Shown: positions 49,645-59,051, counted from the stretch's first letter. The stretch: DNA of 64,000 nucleotides from Bacteroidota bacterium (GCA_018335675.1 JAGXRQ010000018.1:2608-66607); one strand, 5' to 3'. Translations and numbers: made by a program. Notes: generated by a model from the sequence alone, not told the origin.

Positions 49645-50550
49645 ATGAAAAAACTACCTCTTTTATGTATTTTTCTATTTTATCTGCTTAATAGCCTGAC
49701 AGCACAAGAATTCAGCTTTCAGATGTATTTTGAAGATGCATTAGGAAATAAAGATACATTGACCATTGGATATGATATCAATGGATCAAGAGATACCATT
49801 AACACTAATTTCGGAGAGGAGAATATTGCACATATTCCTTTCGATGAAGTATTTGATGTTAGGATTACTAACCAAATAGATATTTATGAGATCGGCAATT
49901 ATAATTTTGAATTGTTTCATTCCAAGCATAAAATAATTAAATACTATTGTGATGGCAATTTTAATTATTTTGAATTATATCCTATTGTAAATATTAACAT
50001 ACATGCAATTAATTGGCCGGTAACTGCATCATGGAATTCAGTGCTTTTTAATATTGATTGCCTGATTGGAAGTTTATTTACTCCTGTTCATCCTGTGGGT
50101 TGGTGGGATTCAGGATCGCCAAATAGTAATTTTTGGCGTGTTGTATTAGAAGAGCAGAATTCAATTGAATTTAGCGAAAATTACCCAGGCAATTGGGAAG
50201 ATTTTCCTGATGGTTGGCCAAATTATTATGTTGACGATTCTGGGAAGCCCATTTCTAACTTCTGGGTGGCTTTTGCTGATTCTTCAATAATTTCATTAAA
50301 TACGGATTATTTTAATGTTGATAATAATATAGTTTTGTATCCAAACCCTACTCATGGGAAATTCACGATAAGTAATTGCCTGCATGATCAATGCAATGTT
50401 ATTATATATGATTTTACTGGAAAGGTGTTTGAAGTTTATCAGTATAAAGATGATATTGACTTAAGTCATTTAAACAATGGCATTTATATTTTAAAAATAA
50501 CTTTTTCAAATGGAAGAGTATATCATAAAAAGCTAATTAAAGTAAACTAA
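49645..50550 (+). CDS. Hypothetical T9SS cargo protein (C-terminal sorting domain)
   Basis: 301 aa. Signal peptide MKKLPLLCIFLFYLLNSLTAQ. CTD is IVLYPNPTHGKFTISN...LNNGIYILKITFSNGRVYHKKLIKVN. The remainder is unrecognised. Confidence 0.65.
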   Translation: MKKLPLLCIFLFYLLNSLTAQEFSFQMYFEDALGNKDTLTIGYDINGSRDTINTNFGEENIAHIPFDEVFDVRITNQIDIYEIGNYNFELFHSKHKIIKYYCDGNFNYFELYPIVNINIHAINWPVTASWNSVLFNIDCLIGSLFTPVHPVGWWDSGSPNSNFWRVVLEEQNSIEFSENYPGNWEDFPDGWPNYYVDDSGKPISNFWVAFADSSIISLNTDYFNVDNNIVLYPNPTHGKFTISNCLHDQCNVIIYDFTGKVFEVYQYKDDIDLSHLNNGIYILKITFSNGRVYHKKLIKVN

Positions 50551-50572
50551 TTTAATTTATTATTAATAAAAA

Positions 50573-51043
50573 ATGTACGATATGAAAAACTTAATAGTCT
50601 CAACAATATTGCTTTTTGCAATTAACGCTATAGCGTCGGCACAAGACCATGCCGAATGTTTTACCCCCCCCATCTATGATAGTGCAGAGGTAGTCGATAA
50701 AATATTCGCAGAAATTAATTGTATCAATCCTTCAATTACTGTATATTCATTTCCAAATGATACTACGTATAATTACAAATTCATCCCTTCGGAAGTAACT
50801 CCCATTAAATATGTTAATGTTAGATTACATGTAATTCAAGATCACAATGGACAAAATAATTTCAAATCTACAATATCTTCTCATTTAAGTTATTTGCAAT
50901 CTATTTTTAGTCAAAATTGGGGTGGTAGTGTAAATGGCGTTTTTAGCAACATTCCAACAGGATTATATCAAGGCGAAGCTTTGGAATATCACATACCTGA
51001 TAGTAAAATAAGATTTTTACTTTCTGGAATTCATTTTCAATAA
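50573..51043 (+). CDS. N-terminal fragment (signal peptide and start of the catalytic domain) of the downstream metalloprotease
   Basis: 156 aa. Signal peptide MKNLIVSTILLFAINAIASAQ, and VNVRLHVIQDHNG resembling the first strand of M43/metzincin-type domains. It ends at TAA 51041-51043, in the same frame as ORF 51056..54172. Confidence 0.5.
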   Translation: MYDMKNLIVSTILLFAINAIASAQDHAECFTPPIYDSAEVVDKIFAEINCINPSITVYSFPNDTTYNYKFIPSEVTPIKYVNVRLHVIQDHNGQNNFKSTISSHLSYLQSIFSQNWGGSVNGVFSNIPTGLYQGEALEYHIPDSKIRFLLSGIHFQ

Positions 51044-51055
51044 GACATTGGCGGT

Positions 51056-54000
51056 TTGCAAGAACTTAATGGTAATAACAACCACTATGAATTCGGCAAA
51101 TATTGCAGTAATAATTTTGGGATTAATATGGAGCAATCAATAAATATATTTTTACTCCCAACGGGTTATCATCCTAGCCTAGATAATCAGACAGTAAGTG
51201 GGTATGGCCCTCCAGGAGATCCCGGCACTAATCCGGCATATTTAGGAATGGTATTATTATATAATGTTTTTTTTGATTTTACACAATACCCACCTGGGTC
51301 AGGTACATATGGAGGTAGGCCATGGGTTGTTAATCCTTTAATTGCTCATGAACTTGGACACGTCTTTGGGCTGTATCATACTAATTTTTATGAACTCTCG
51401 TACAAAAGATTTTCTCCAGAATTGCCTTGGCCTGAAGAAAAATACTTTTGTCACCCAAACACCGATCCTAAATGTTCTAATAACATGATGAGCTATAGTT
51501 CATCACAAAGATATTTGTCTCCTAAGCAAATTGGCCACATACACAGGGTTTTTTCCAGTAATACTAACCGTATAAGGTATTTAAGAAGCTATGCAGGTAA
51601 TCCTGCATACAATGTAGTAATCTCCTCAAACACTATTTGGGATATGGCAACGGTTGCTCAAGGAGATATTATCATAATGCCCGGAAGTACTCTGGAAGTT
51701 ACATGTGTACTGTCTATGCTGAAAGACACAAGAATAATCATTAAGCCGGGTGCTAAACTTATTGTTGATGGGGGAATGATTACCAATCCTGTAGGCGATA
51801 CTTGGCAAGGCATCTACGTAGAAGGCGACCGCCACAAATCTCAAACCTTTGCAAATCAAGGTGCATTGATTCTGAAAAACGGTGCAATTATTGAAAATGC
51901 CATAAATGCAGTTTCTATGAGAAGCGCAAACTATTTTTTTGTATATAGTGGTGGAATTATTCAAGCAACTGATGCTACTTTCAGAAACAATCGTAGAAAT
52001 GTTAGGTTTTTTCCATATTCCAGATACGACTCAAATGGACAGTATATCAATAACATATCTTATTTTACTCGAGTTACATTTGAAACTAACAACAGTGCTA
52101 TCCATAATTCCTATTTAGAAAATGTTTCTATGTGGGGTGTTAAGGGTGTGAAATTTAATAATTGTGTATTTAAAGACAATAGTCCCAACAGACGAGATGG
52201 AATTTTAGCTCATGATGCATCTTTTATTGTGAACCAAAGTAGTTTTCAAAATCTTAAGTATAGTATATACGCTTTATCTCCAAACTCAAATCATACTTTT
52301 AGTGTTAGTAATTCTACTTTTGTTTGTAATAGAGGTATATACATGAATCTGGTTGACAATGCCACTATAATAAATAACACCTTTAATATTATTACAGGAC
52401 GCGGTAATATTCCGGAAACAGACTGTACAAAAAGCAATTATGGTATTTATATTGATTATGCAATTGGCTACAAGATAGAAAACAATGTGTTTACAGGTTA
52501 TAATAGACCACCTTTAGAAATACCTGTATGTGGTCCGATAGGAATAATTGCACGCCACACCGGCTCATACACTAATGAATTATATAGAAACGATTTTTCA
52601 ATGCTTAAAGTGGGTATTCAAGCTCAAGGTACAAACAAGGGATATGATTATAATCAAGGTTTGTTTTTGCATTGTAATAACTTAAATAAAAACTATTACG
52701 ACTTCCATGTAAAGCACATTCCCAGAAGCCGACCATCGGGAATTAGAGAATTGCAAGGGTATGGCAGCACCAATGCATCTCTTGCAGGCAATCTTTTCGG
52801 GCACGATGCAAGTATGCTGTTAAGCAACTTTGTTGTCGATTCGCAAAGTGGAAATATAGCATACTTCCATCACAATCCAGCTTCCGAGCCAAGGGTAAGG
52901 CCTCTCGTTTATAGTACTGATAAAATTACGCTTTGGAGTAGCGATAGGGTTTATAGTGCTGATATTTCCTGCCCCGACGAGGTAATGGCGGTAAAGCCTT
53001 ATGAAGTTGTTTTGCTTGAAAAAGAAGAAGCCCGATTGAAGTACGAAGAAACCAATCTTAACCTGAGAGAGCTTATAGATGCCGGTAATTCAGATGATTT
53101 GAAAAGAAGCATTGATGAGGCCGGACCGGCAGTAAATATGCCACTATACAATTATTTAATGGGAATAGCCCCTTTCTTATCTGAAGAAGTATTAGCAAAA
53201 CTTGCAGCTAAGGAAAAAGGATTTACCAATGTTATGATTAGAAATGTATTGGTAAAAAGCCCCCAAGCGCCAAAGCTTGATATGGTTGTAGAAAAGCTCA
53301 ATAGCAGAAACATTCCTCTTCCTCCGCCAATGAGAAAGAAAATTGATGAAGGGCTTGATTATTTTGGAGAAAAAGAGCTTTTAGAACAGGAAATGGCATA
53401 TTATAAAACAACTTATGATGTGGCTATGAACGAACTTTTAAGAAACAAAATACATGAGATAGAAGGTTGGGAAGACGCCCCTGATGTGCAAGATATATTG
53501 GCAACTTCTGATGATATAAGATATAAATATCTGTTAGCAGAGTATTATTTTGAAAATGAAGATTATGAGCAAGGCATGCAACTACTTAATAATATTGAAA
53601 CACAACATTCAGCATTAGAAAGCAGCTTTGCAGAAAATCATATAGATTACATTTCGTTCTACTCTTTACTTCAACAGGTTGATATTGAAGAATCGCCCGG
53701 ATATACAAACCTTTCGGCCGAAACATTAGAAGCTCTTGAATCATTTATTGAATCAGACAGTAGGATTGCAGGTAAAGCAATAGCTATATTAATTATGAAT
53801 GAAGCTATTGAATACAATGAGCCTATTTATTTTCCGGAATTAAAAACTGAAATAAAGTCTGAAACAGCTTATGATTTTACAGAGTTTAATTCATTAGATT
53901 TTATTGAAGTTGACATTACGCAGCCTGTGTTTTTATATCCCAACCCTGCCAAAGACAACATTTCAATAAACTGGTGTGTTGAAGATGAAAAAAGCTTAAA

Positions 54001-54172
54001 TGCAACTATAGATATCTATAACTCTATTGGAACCCTCATTTATTCATATTCAGAGAGAAATAGTTGTAGCAATTCGAATATTTCAGTTTCAGGTTGGCGT
54101 CCGGGTACATATACAGCTATTTTTAACTATGGAATCAAATCTGAAAGTATTAACTTTATAATTTCGAAATAG
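51056..54172 (+). CDS. HExxH zinc metalloprotease (M43/metzincin-like) with beta-helix repeats and a T9SS CTD; lacks its own signal peptide
   Basis: The track start is a TTG, and the first ATG gives MEQSINIF at 51128. The zinc site HELGHVFGLYH begins at nt 51347. Parallel beta-helix-like repeats are present (NNCVFKDN, NSTFVCNRGIYMN, INNTFNI). The CTD is VFLYPNPAKDNISINW...GTYTAIFNYGIKSESINFIISK. Confidence 0.6.
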   Translation: MQELNGNNNHYEFGKYCSNNFGINMEQSINIFLLPTGYHPSLDNQTVSGYGPPGDPGTNPAYLGMVLLYNVFFDFTQYPPGSGTYGGRPWVVNPLIAHELGHVFGLYHTNFYELSYKRFSPELPWPEEKYFCHPNTDPKCSNNMMSYSSSQRYLSPKQIGHIHRVFSSNTNRIRYLRSYAGNPAYNVVISSNTIWDMATVAQGDIIIMPGSTLEVTCVLSMLKDTRIIIKPGAKLIVDGGMITNPVGDTWQGIYVEGDRHKSQTFANQGALILKNGAIIENAINAVSMRSANYFFVYSGGIIQATDATFRNNRRNVRFFPYSRYDSNGQYINNISYFTRVTFETNNSAIHNSYLENVSMWGVKGVKFNNCVFKDNSPNRRDGILAHDASFIVNQSSFQNLKYSIYALSPNSNHTFSVSNSTFVCNRGIYMNLVDNATIINNTFNIITGRGNIPETDCTKSNYGIYIDYAIGYKIENNVFTGYNRPPLEIPVCGPIGIIARHTGSYTNELYRNDFSMLKVGIQAQGTNKGYDYNQGLFLHCNNLNKNYYDFHVKHIPRSRPSGIRELQGYGSTNASLAGNLFGHDASMLLSNFVVDSQSGNIAYFHHNPASEPRVRPLVYSTDKITLWSSDRVYSADISCPDEVMAVKPYEVVLLEKEEARLKYEETNLNLRELIDAGNSDDLKRSIDEAGPAVNMPLYNYLMGIAPFLSEEVLAKLAAKEKGFTNVMIRNVLVKSPQAPKLDMVVEKLNSRNIPLPPPMRKKIDEGLDYFGEKELLEQEMAYYKTTYDVAMNELLRNKIHEIEGWEDAPDVQDILATSDDIRYKYLLAEYYFENEDYEQGMQLLNNIETQHSALESSFAENHIDYISFYSLLQQVDIEESPGYTNLSAETLEALESFIESDSRIAGKAIAILIMNEAIEYNEPIYFPELKTEIKSETAYDFTEFNSLDFIEVDITQPVFLYPNPAKDNISINWCVEDEKSLNATIDIYNSIGTLIYSYSERNSCSNSNISVSGWRPGTYTAIFNYGIKSESINFIISK

Positions 54173-54256
54173 TTATATTGTTTTTTATGATAAACGCTTA
54201 GAGTAGTTCATTAAAAAACAATTTTTAAAAATTAACAAAAATGTCTGTTTATATAT

Positions 54257-54407
54257 TGAGGCTGTAATAAAAGGATGTCTTTTGATTTTCAACGCTTTTT
54301 GACCCTTAATCCCTAAAGGGAAAGCGTTGAAAATCAGGCTCCCTTTAGGGTCGGGGTAAACCTGATTTTCAACATTACTGGGCTAAACGAGAATTTTTAC
54401 AGCCTCA
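54257..54407. repeat. 151-bp MITE-like element with 11-bp terminal inverted repeats and nested internal palindromes
   Basis: TGAGGCTGTAA (54257-54267) and TTACAGCCTCA (54397-54407) are perfect inverted repeats. Both are flanked by TATAT (54252-54256 and 54408-54412). Internal arms: TGATTTTCAACGCT (54283-96) with AGCGTTGAAAATCA (54323-36); GTTGAAAATCAGG (54326-38) with CCTGATTTTCAAC (54361-73); CCCTAAAGGGA (54311-21) with TCCCTTTAGGG (54340-50). Confidence 0.45.
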
Positions 54408-54408
54408 T

Positions 54409-54446
54409 ATATTTACAGAAAACAAAAATATTTACAGAAAACAAAA
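54409..54446 (+). repeat. Perfect 19-bp tandem duplication (ATATTTACAGAAAACAAAA x2)
   Basis: Coordinates 54409-54427 and 54428-54446 are identical. The second copy ends 9 nt before the ATG at 54456. Confidence 0.85.
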
Positions 54447-54455
54447 AAAAAGAAA

Positions 54456-56231
54456 ATGAAAAAACTGTCAATAATAGCATTTCTTATTATAATTTGCACA
54501 ACTCAATCTAATTCGCAAGAAGACGAATACTGGCAATTAGTTACGGGCGCCTATGCAAAAAATCTCATACAACTTGATAGCGCAACTATGGTTTTTATTA
54601 TGCACGATTGGTCTTTGGTTGAAGAAGAAAATGCATATCGTCCAAACACATTAAAAATGCATTATTTCAACATAACAGGGGAATATAAAGATTCGGCAAC
54701 ATTAAACTTTAGAGAAATATTTCCCGAATATTCTATTGATCCGTTAATGGAAGCCTCTCACCATGGAGTAGGCAGATTACGTAATGGTAATTTTTTAGTT
54801 GGTGGACACGGAAACCTAGTAACTCATTCAGGCAAAACCCAAATTGAGTTAAGTCATAAATTCTTTCAATTTCAATTTGTTGAAGATAGTAAAAGCCAAG
54901 CCTATAATGAGTCACCACCTTTGGTACATCCTATGATTTTTACTTTAACACCTAACCTTGATGAAGTTATTCGGCTAGATACATTGCAAGCTGTTCCTTT
55001 TTATGGCTCTATTACACTTATACATGAAGTTGCACCCGATACATTGATAATTGGCTTTCACAAATCAAATGAAAGCAGACATGAGATTCTTGAAACTGAC
55101 AGCCTGTTTAATGTAAGGTGGAGTACCGAATTTGGACAAATTGGTGCATGGACTGCTGACATTTATGATTTTGAGGTAACTGAGGATGGACATTATTTGG
55201 TAAACCTGAGGTATTATTATCCATGGAGCAGGCATGTTTATTACAGAAATCGCCTGTTTAAGTTTAATAGAAACGACGGCAGCCTTATGTGGCAAAAGAT
55301 AATAAGAAAAAGCAGCAATTCCAGCAGTTTTAATTATACCATAACCGATATGGGAGATGATAAATACCTTCTTGCATACGACGATTGCTGCGAATATCCA
55401 ACCGACATGGATTATACTGGTTTAATTTTTCACGAAAACACAGGGCTTCACCTCAGGGTAATTGACAGCGACGGTAATACATTACAGGAAAAAAGCCTTA
55501 TAGATTTTCTTTCTGCGCATATCTATACATGGGATGGGAATCAATACGGTGGCATCCATGAAGACCCTGCACAAGCTAAACCATGGTATAAACCATTTCA
55601 AACTATAAAAAACCCCGATAATACTTACTTAATTTCAGGAATTCATTATTCTTCTCCCGGATACACAAAAGGCCGAGGGTTTTTGCTAAAGCTTAGTGCA
55701 GAATTGGAGCCTATTTGGGTTAGAGTTTTTGAAATAGATAAGAAAAATTATCCATATAATTGCGCAACGGTTGCATGGATAAATAACATTCTAAATAATG
55801 AAGAAAATATTTTTATATCAGGCAGATTCGAGTCAGTTTGTGGTTCGTACAATCCATCGCCTTATTACCCTCCGTTTTATTACGGGTGGTTTTACTGGGC
55901 AGGTTTGTTTGTTACATTAGACAAATACGGATGCTATGAAGAAGGTTGTCATCTTCATGATAATATTGCCGAGTGGGAGTACGATTCACGTATTACGTTT
56001 TATCCAAATCCAACATCAGATATACTAAATATTAAAATAGACAGGCCAACTATAGAAAACAACATGAAAACGTTGTTTATCAGCGACCTGTCAGGCAGAG
56101 GTATGCTCACCAAGCATTTTACAGGCAACGAGCTGCAAGTGTCAATAAAAGGATTTAATCCCGGCATTTACCTTGCATACATTTTTTCAGATGGGCATAT
56201 TCTGAAGGCAGAGAAGATTGTGGTGAGGTAG
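54456..56231 (+). CDS. Hypothetical T9SS cargo protein (C-terminal sorting domain)
   Basis: 591 aa. Signal peptide MKKLSIIAFLIIICTTQSNSQ. CTD is ITFYPNPTSDILNIKI...FNPGIYLAYIFSDGHILKAEKIVVR. The Trp/Tyr-rich body is unrecognised. Confidence 0.65.
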   Translation: MKKLSIIAFLIIICTTQSNSQEDEYWQLVTGAYAKNLIQLDSATMVFIMHDWSLVEEENAYRPNTLKMHYFNITGEYKDSATLNFREIFPEYSIDPLMEASHHGVGRLRNGNFLVGGHGNLVTHSGKTQIELSHKFFQFQFVEDSKSQAYNESPPLVHPMIFTLTPNLDEVIRLDTLQAVPFYGSITLIHEVAPDTLIIGFHKSNESRHEILETDSLFNVRWSTEFGQIGAWTADIYDFEVTEDGHYLVNLRYYYPWSRHVYYRNRLFKFNRNDGSLMWQKIIRKSSNSSSFNYTITDMGDDKYLLAYDDCCEYPTDMDYTGLIFHENTGLHLRVIDSDGNTLQEKSLIDFLSAHIYTWDGNQYGGIHEDPAQAKPWYKPFQTIKNPDNTYLISGIHYSSPGYTKGRGFLLKLSAELEPIWVRVFEIDKKNYPYNCATVAWINNILNNEENIFISGRFESVCGSYNPSPYYPPFYYGWFYWAGLFVTLDKYGCYEEGCHLHDNIAEWEYDSRITFYPNPTSDILNIKIDRPTIENNMKTLFISDLSGRGMLTKHFTGNELQVSIKGFNPGIYLAYIFSDGHILKAEKIVVR

Positions 56232-56254
56232 ATTAATTAAAGAATTAACGCCCC

Positions 56255-57538
56255 TCACACAATCATTCCTGCGGCAACAGTTTCGTTTGTGGTTTCGTCT
56301 ACTAGTATTATGCTTCCGGTATTTCGGTTGTGATGGTATTTGTCGAAGAGTATGGGGTGAGAGGTTTTTATAGTAACACAACCGATGTCGTTCATGTTTA
56401 GTTCAGCACAATTGCTAATTTCCTCGATTTGGTTAATGTCCATGCAATAGTTAATGTCTGTTACAACACATTTGGCTTCTTTTGTTGTGTGTCGTATAAT
56501 GAACTTATTGCCTGTGATAAGCTTTTTGGGGTTCATCCAGCAGATCATTGCATCTATCTCTCTGCTTATTTTTGGAAGATTATCTATTGGAACAATCATA
56601 TCGCCACGGCTGATATCAATTTCGTTGGCTAATCTTAAAACCACCGACATAGGGGCAAAAGCCATGTCGATATTACCTTCAGCTCCTTCTATTCCGGAAA
56701 TAACAGTATTTAATCCTGAAGGAAGCACTTTAACTTCGTCTCCAACTTTAAACACTCCGCTGCCTACTCTGCCTGCATAGCCTCTATAATCAGGCGTTTG
56801 AGCATTATTTACTCTGATAATATTCTGCACAGGGAATCGGCCATCGATAAGGTTATGATCGCTACCAACGTGAACTGTTTCAAGAAAATACATTAAAGTT
56901 GAGCCTGCATACCACTGCATTTTTTCCGACTTCTCAACGATATTATCGCCATAAAGTGCACTAATAGGAATATAATTAATGTCGTGAATATGAAGCTTAG
57001 ATGCAAAGACTTTGAAGTCGTTCACAATTTCTTCAAAAACATCTTGGCTGTAATCAACAAGGTCCATTTTGTTTATACACAAAGCCAGATGCTTAATACC
57101 TAAAAGAGAGGCTATATAAGAATGTCTTTTTGTTTGCTCTACAACTCCTTTTCTGGCATCTATCAATATTATTGCAAGATTGGCAGTTGATGCCCCTGTA
57201 ACCATATTTCTTGTGTACTGCACATGCCCGGGAGTGTCTGCGATAATGAATTTTCTTTTGGGGGTTGCAAAATAGCGGTAAGCTACATCTATAGTAATTC
57301 CTTGTTCTCTTTCGGCTTTAAGACCATCGGTAAGTAATGCAAAATTTATAGACTCCTCTCCTCGCCTTTCGCTGGCAAGCTTAATAGATTCAAGCTGATC
57401 TTCAAATATTGCCTTACTATCATATAATAATCTTCCAATCAGAGTACTTTTACCGTCATCAACGCTTCCGGCAGTTGTAAACCTCAGAAGTTCAACATTC
57501 ATATAATCTTCAGAAATAAAGCCGTTGGTGTTTTGCAT
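56255..57538 (-). CDS. cysN: Sulfate adenylyltransferase subunit 1 (GTPase)
   Basis: The ORF runs 56255..57655, but the first 39 codons overlap cysD. I place the start at MQNTNG (57538), 1 nt after the cysD stop. G motifs are GSVDDGKSTLIGRLL, DTPGH and NKMD. Confidence 0.9.
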   Translation of the reverse strand: MQNTNGFISEDYMNVELLRFTTAGSVDDGKSTLIGRLLYDSKAIFEDQLESIKLASERRGEESINFALLTDGLKAEREQGITIDVAYRYFATPKRKFIIADTPGHVQYTRNMVTGASTANLAIILIDARKGVVEQTKRHSYIASLLGIKHLALCINKMDLVDYSQDVFEEIVNDFKVFASKLHIHDINYIPISALYGDNIVEKSEKMQWYAGSTLMYFLETVHVGSDHNLIDGRFPVQNIIRVNNAQTPDYRGYAGRVGSGVFKVGDEVKVLPSGLNTVISGIEGAEGNIDMAFAPMSVVLRLANEIDISRGDMIVPIDNLPKISREIDAMICWMNPKKLITGNKFIIRHTTKEAKCVVTDINYCMDINQIEEISNCAELNMNDIGCVTIKTSHPILFDKYHHNRNTGSIILVDETTNETVAAGMIV

Positions 57539-57539
57539 A

Positions 57540-58445
57540 TTAAAAATATCCCTCCTTTTTTCTGTCTTCCATTGATGTTTCAGAAGTTTTATCGTCGGCT
57601 CTACCACCCCTTTCCGTAATTCTGGAGGCTGCCACTTCCAAGATAATTTCCTCAAGAGTATTGGCGTCGGAAATAGAAGCGCCTGTACAGCTCATATCTC
57701 CAATTGTTCTGAATCTTATTTGCAGATTTTCCCATTCTTCACCATCGAGAAGAGAGATATAATCGCTCTTTGCCAGAATTACACCATTTCTTCTAACACA
57801 TTCTCTTTTATGAGTATAGTATAAAACAGGCATCTCAATGTTTTCGAGCATAGCATATTGCCAAATATCCAATTCAGTCCAGTTGCTCAGAGGAAAAACC
57901 CTAAAGTGTTCACCTTTTCTTTTTCTGCCATTGAAGAGATTCCAAAGTTCCGGTCTTTGATTTTTTGGGTCCCATTGTCCGAAATCATCTCTATGCGAAA
58001 AGAATCTCTCCTTAGCGCGAGCTTTTTCCTCGTCTCTACGACCACCGCCAAGAGCGCAATCAAACCCATATTCGGCAATAGTATCGAGAAGAGTAACCGA
58101 TTGCAAAACGTTTCGGCTTTGATTTGGCCCTTGCTCAGAAAATGCTCTGCCGTCATCTATGCTTTTTTGAACACTGCCAACCACAAGTTTAAGTCCGAGT
58201 TTTTTCATCAAGTTATCCCTATATTCAAGAGTTTCGGGAAAATTGTGTCCAGTGTCAATATGCAATATGGTAAAGGGCATTATTGCAGGTCTGAAAGCTT
58301 TAACAGCCAGATGCAACATAATAATGGAATCTTTGCCTCCTGAGAATAGAAGCACAGGGTTGTCAAACTGAGCGGCTACTTCTCTGATTACAAAGATAGA
58401 TTCCGACTCCAGCTCTCTGATATGATTCATGTAGTATGTCTGCAT
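57540..58445 (-). CDS. cysD: Sulfate adenylyltransferase subunit 2
   Basis: 301 aa. PP-loop FSGGKDS and conserved LESESIFVIREV. Confidence 0.95.
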   Translation of the reverse strand: MQTYYMNHIRELESESIFVIREVAAQFDNPVLLFSGGKDSIIMLHLAVKAFRPAIMPFTILHIDTGHNFPETLEYRDNLMKKLGLKLVVGSVQKSIDDGRAFSEQGPNQSRNVLQSVTLLDTIAEYGFDCALGGGRRDEEKARAKERFFSHRDDFGQWDPKNQRPELWNLFNGRKRKGEHFRVFPLSNWTELDIWQYAMLENIEMPVLYYTHKRECVRRNGVILAKSDYISLLDGEEWENLQIRFRTIGDMSCTGASISDANTLEEIILEVAASRITERGGRADDKTSETSMEDRKKEGYF

Positions 58446-58448
58446 TGT

Positions 58449-59051
58449 TTATGCTGATTTTATTTTGGGTAAAACATAGTTAAGAAGAATTTTGCCCGCT
58501 TCCTCAATAGTTGTTTCGTTTGTATTCAGAGTTATATCCGAGTTTTCAGGACATTCATAAGGCGCATCAATTCCGGTAAAATTAGGGATTTCACCTTTGC
58601 GTGCTTTTTTGTATAATCCTTTTGGATCACGTTCTTCACAAACATTAATAGGGCAATTGACAAAAACCTCAACGAAATCATCTTTCCCGATAATATCTGC
58701 TGCAATTTTTCTCATTTCCTTAGTTGGACTAATAAAGGCACAAATAACTATTATACCACATTCAACAAACTGCTTAGAAACTTCAGCAATACGCCTGATA
58801 TTTTCCATTCTACCTTCATTAGAAAAGGAAAGGTCTTTATTAAGTCCTTTTCGGATAATATCTCCGTCGAAAACTTTTGTAATAATATTTTTGTTATGAA
58901 GAGATTTTTCCAGGTATGATGCAATAGTAGTTTTGCCGGATCCGGAAAGACCGGTAAGCCATATAACTCTCCCTTTTTGCTTAATCAGAGCTTCTTTTTG
59001 CTCTCTTGAAAGATATTCAGAATTATCAGAAAAATTATTATTACTCATCAA
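58449..59051 (-). CDS. cysC: Adenylyl-sulfate kinase
   Basis: 200 aa. P-loop WLTGLSGSGKTT and LDGDIIR-like FDGDIIRKGLNKDL. Confidence 0.9.
   Translation of the reverse strand: MMSNNNFSDNSEYLSREQKEALIKQKGRVIWLTGLSGSGKTTIASYLEKSLHNKNIITKVFDGDIIRKGLNKDLSFSNEGRMENIRRIAEVSKQFVECGIIVICAFISPTKEMRKIAADIIGKDDFVEVFVNCPINVCEERDPKGLYKKARKGEIPNFTGIDAPYECPENSDITLNTNETTIEEAGKILLNYVLPKIKSA

Noticed and set aside
51041-51043. The in-frame TAA as evidence for an alternative genetic code (TAA reassignment).
   Set aside because: TAA terminates several well-conserved genes in this window at the expected length, for example the fumarase at 6808-6810, the glycosyltransferase at 30740-30742 and the helicase at 40694-40696. 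Global reassignment is therefore not tenable.
54409-54446. The 19-bp tandem duplication, and the heptamer array at 30719-30774, as possible CRISPR arrays.
   Set aside because: The repeats are directly adjacent with no spacers and are far shorter than CRISPR repeats. No cas genes are present in the window.
56255-59051. The cysC-cysD-cysN cluster without cysH/cysIJ, as a possible dedicated PAPS supply for sulfation of envelope glycans.
   Set aside because: The reduction genes may simply lie outside the window, and no sulfotransferase is present here. The idea cannot be supported from this sequence alone.
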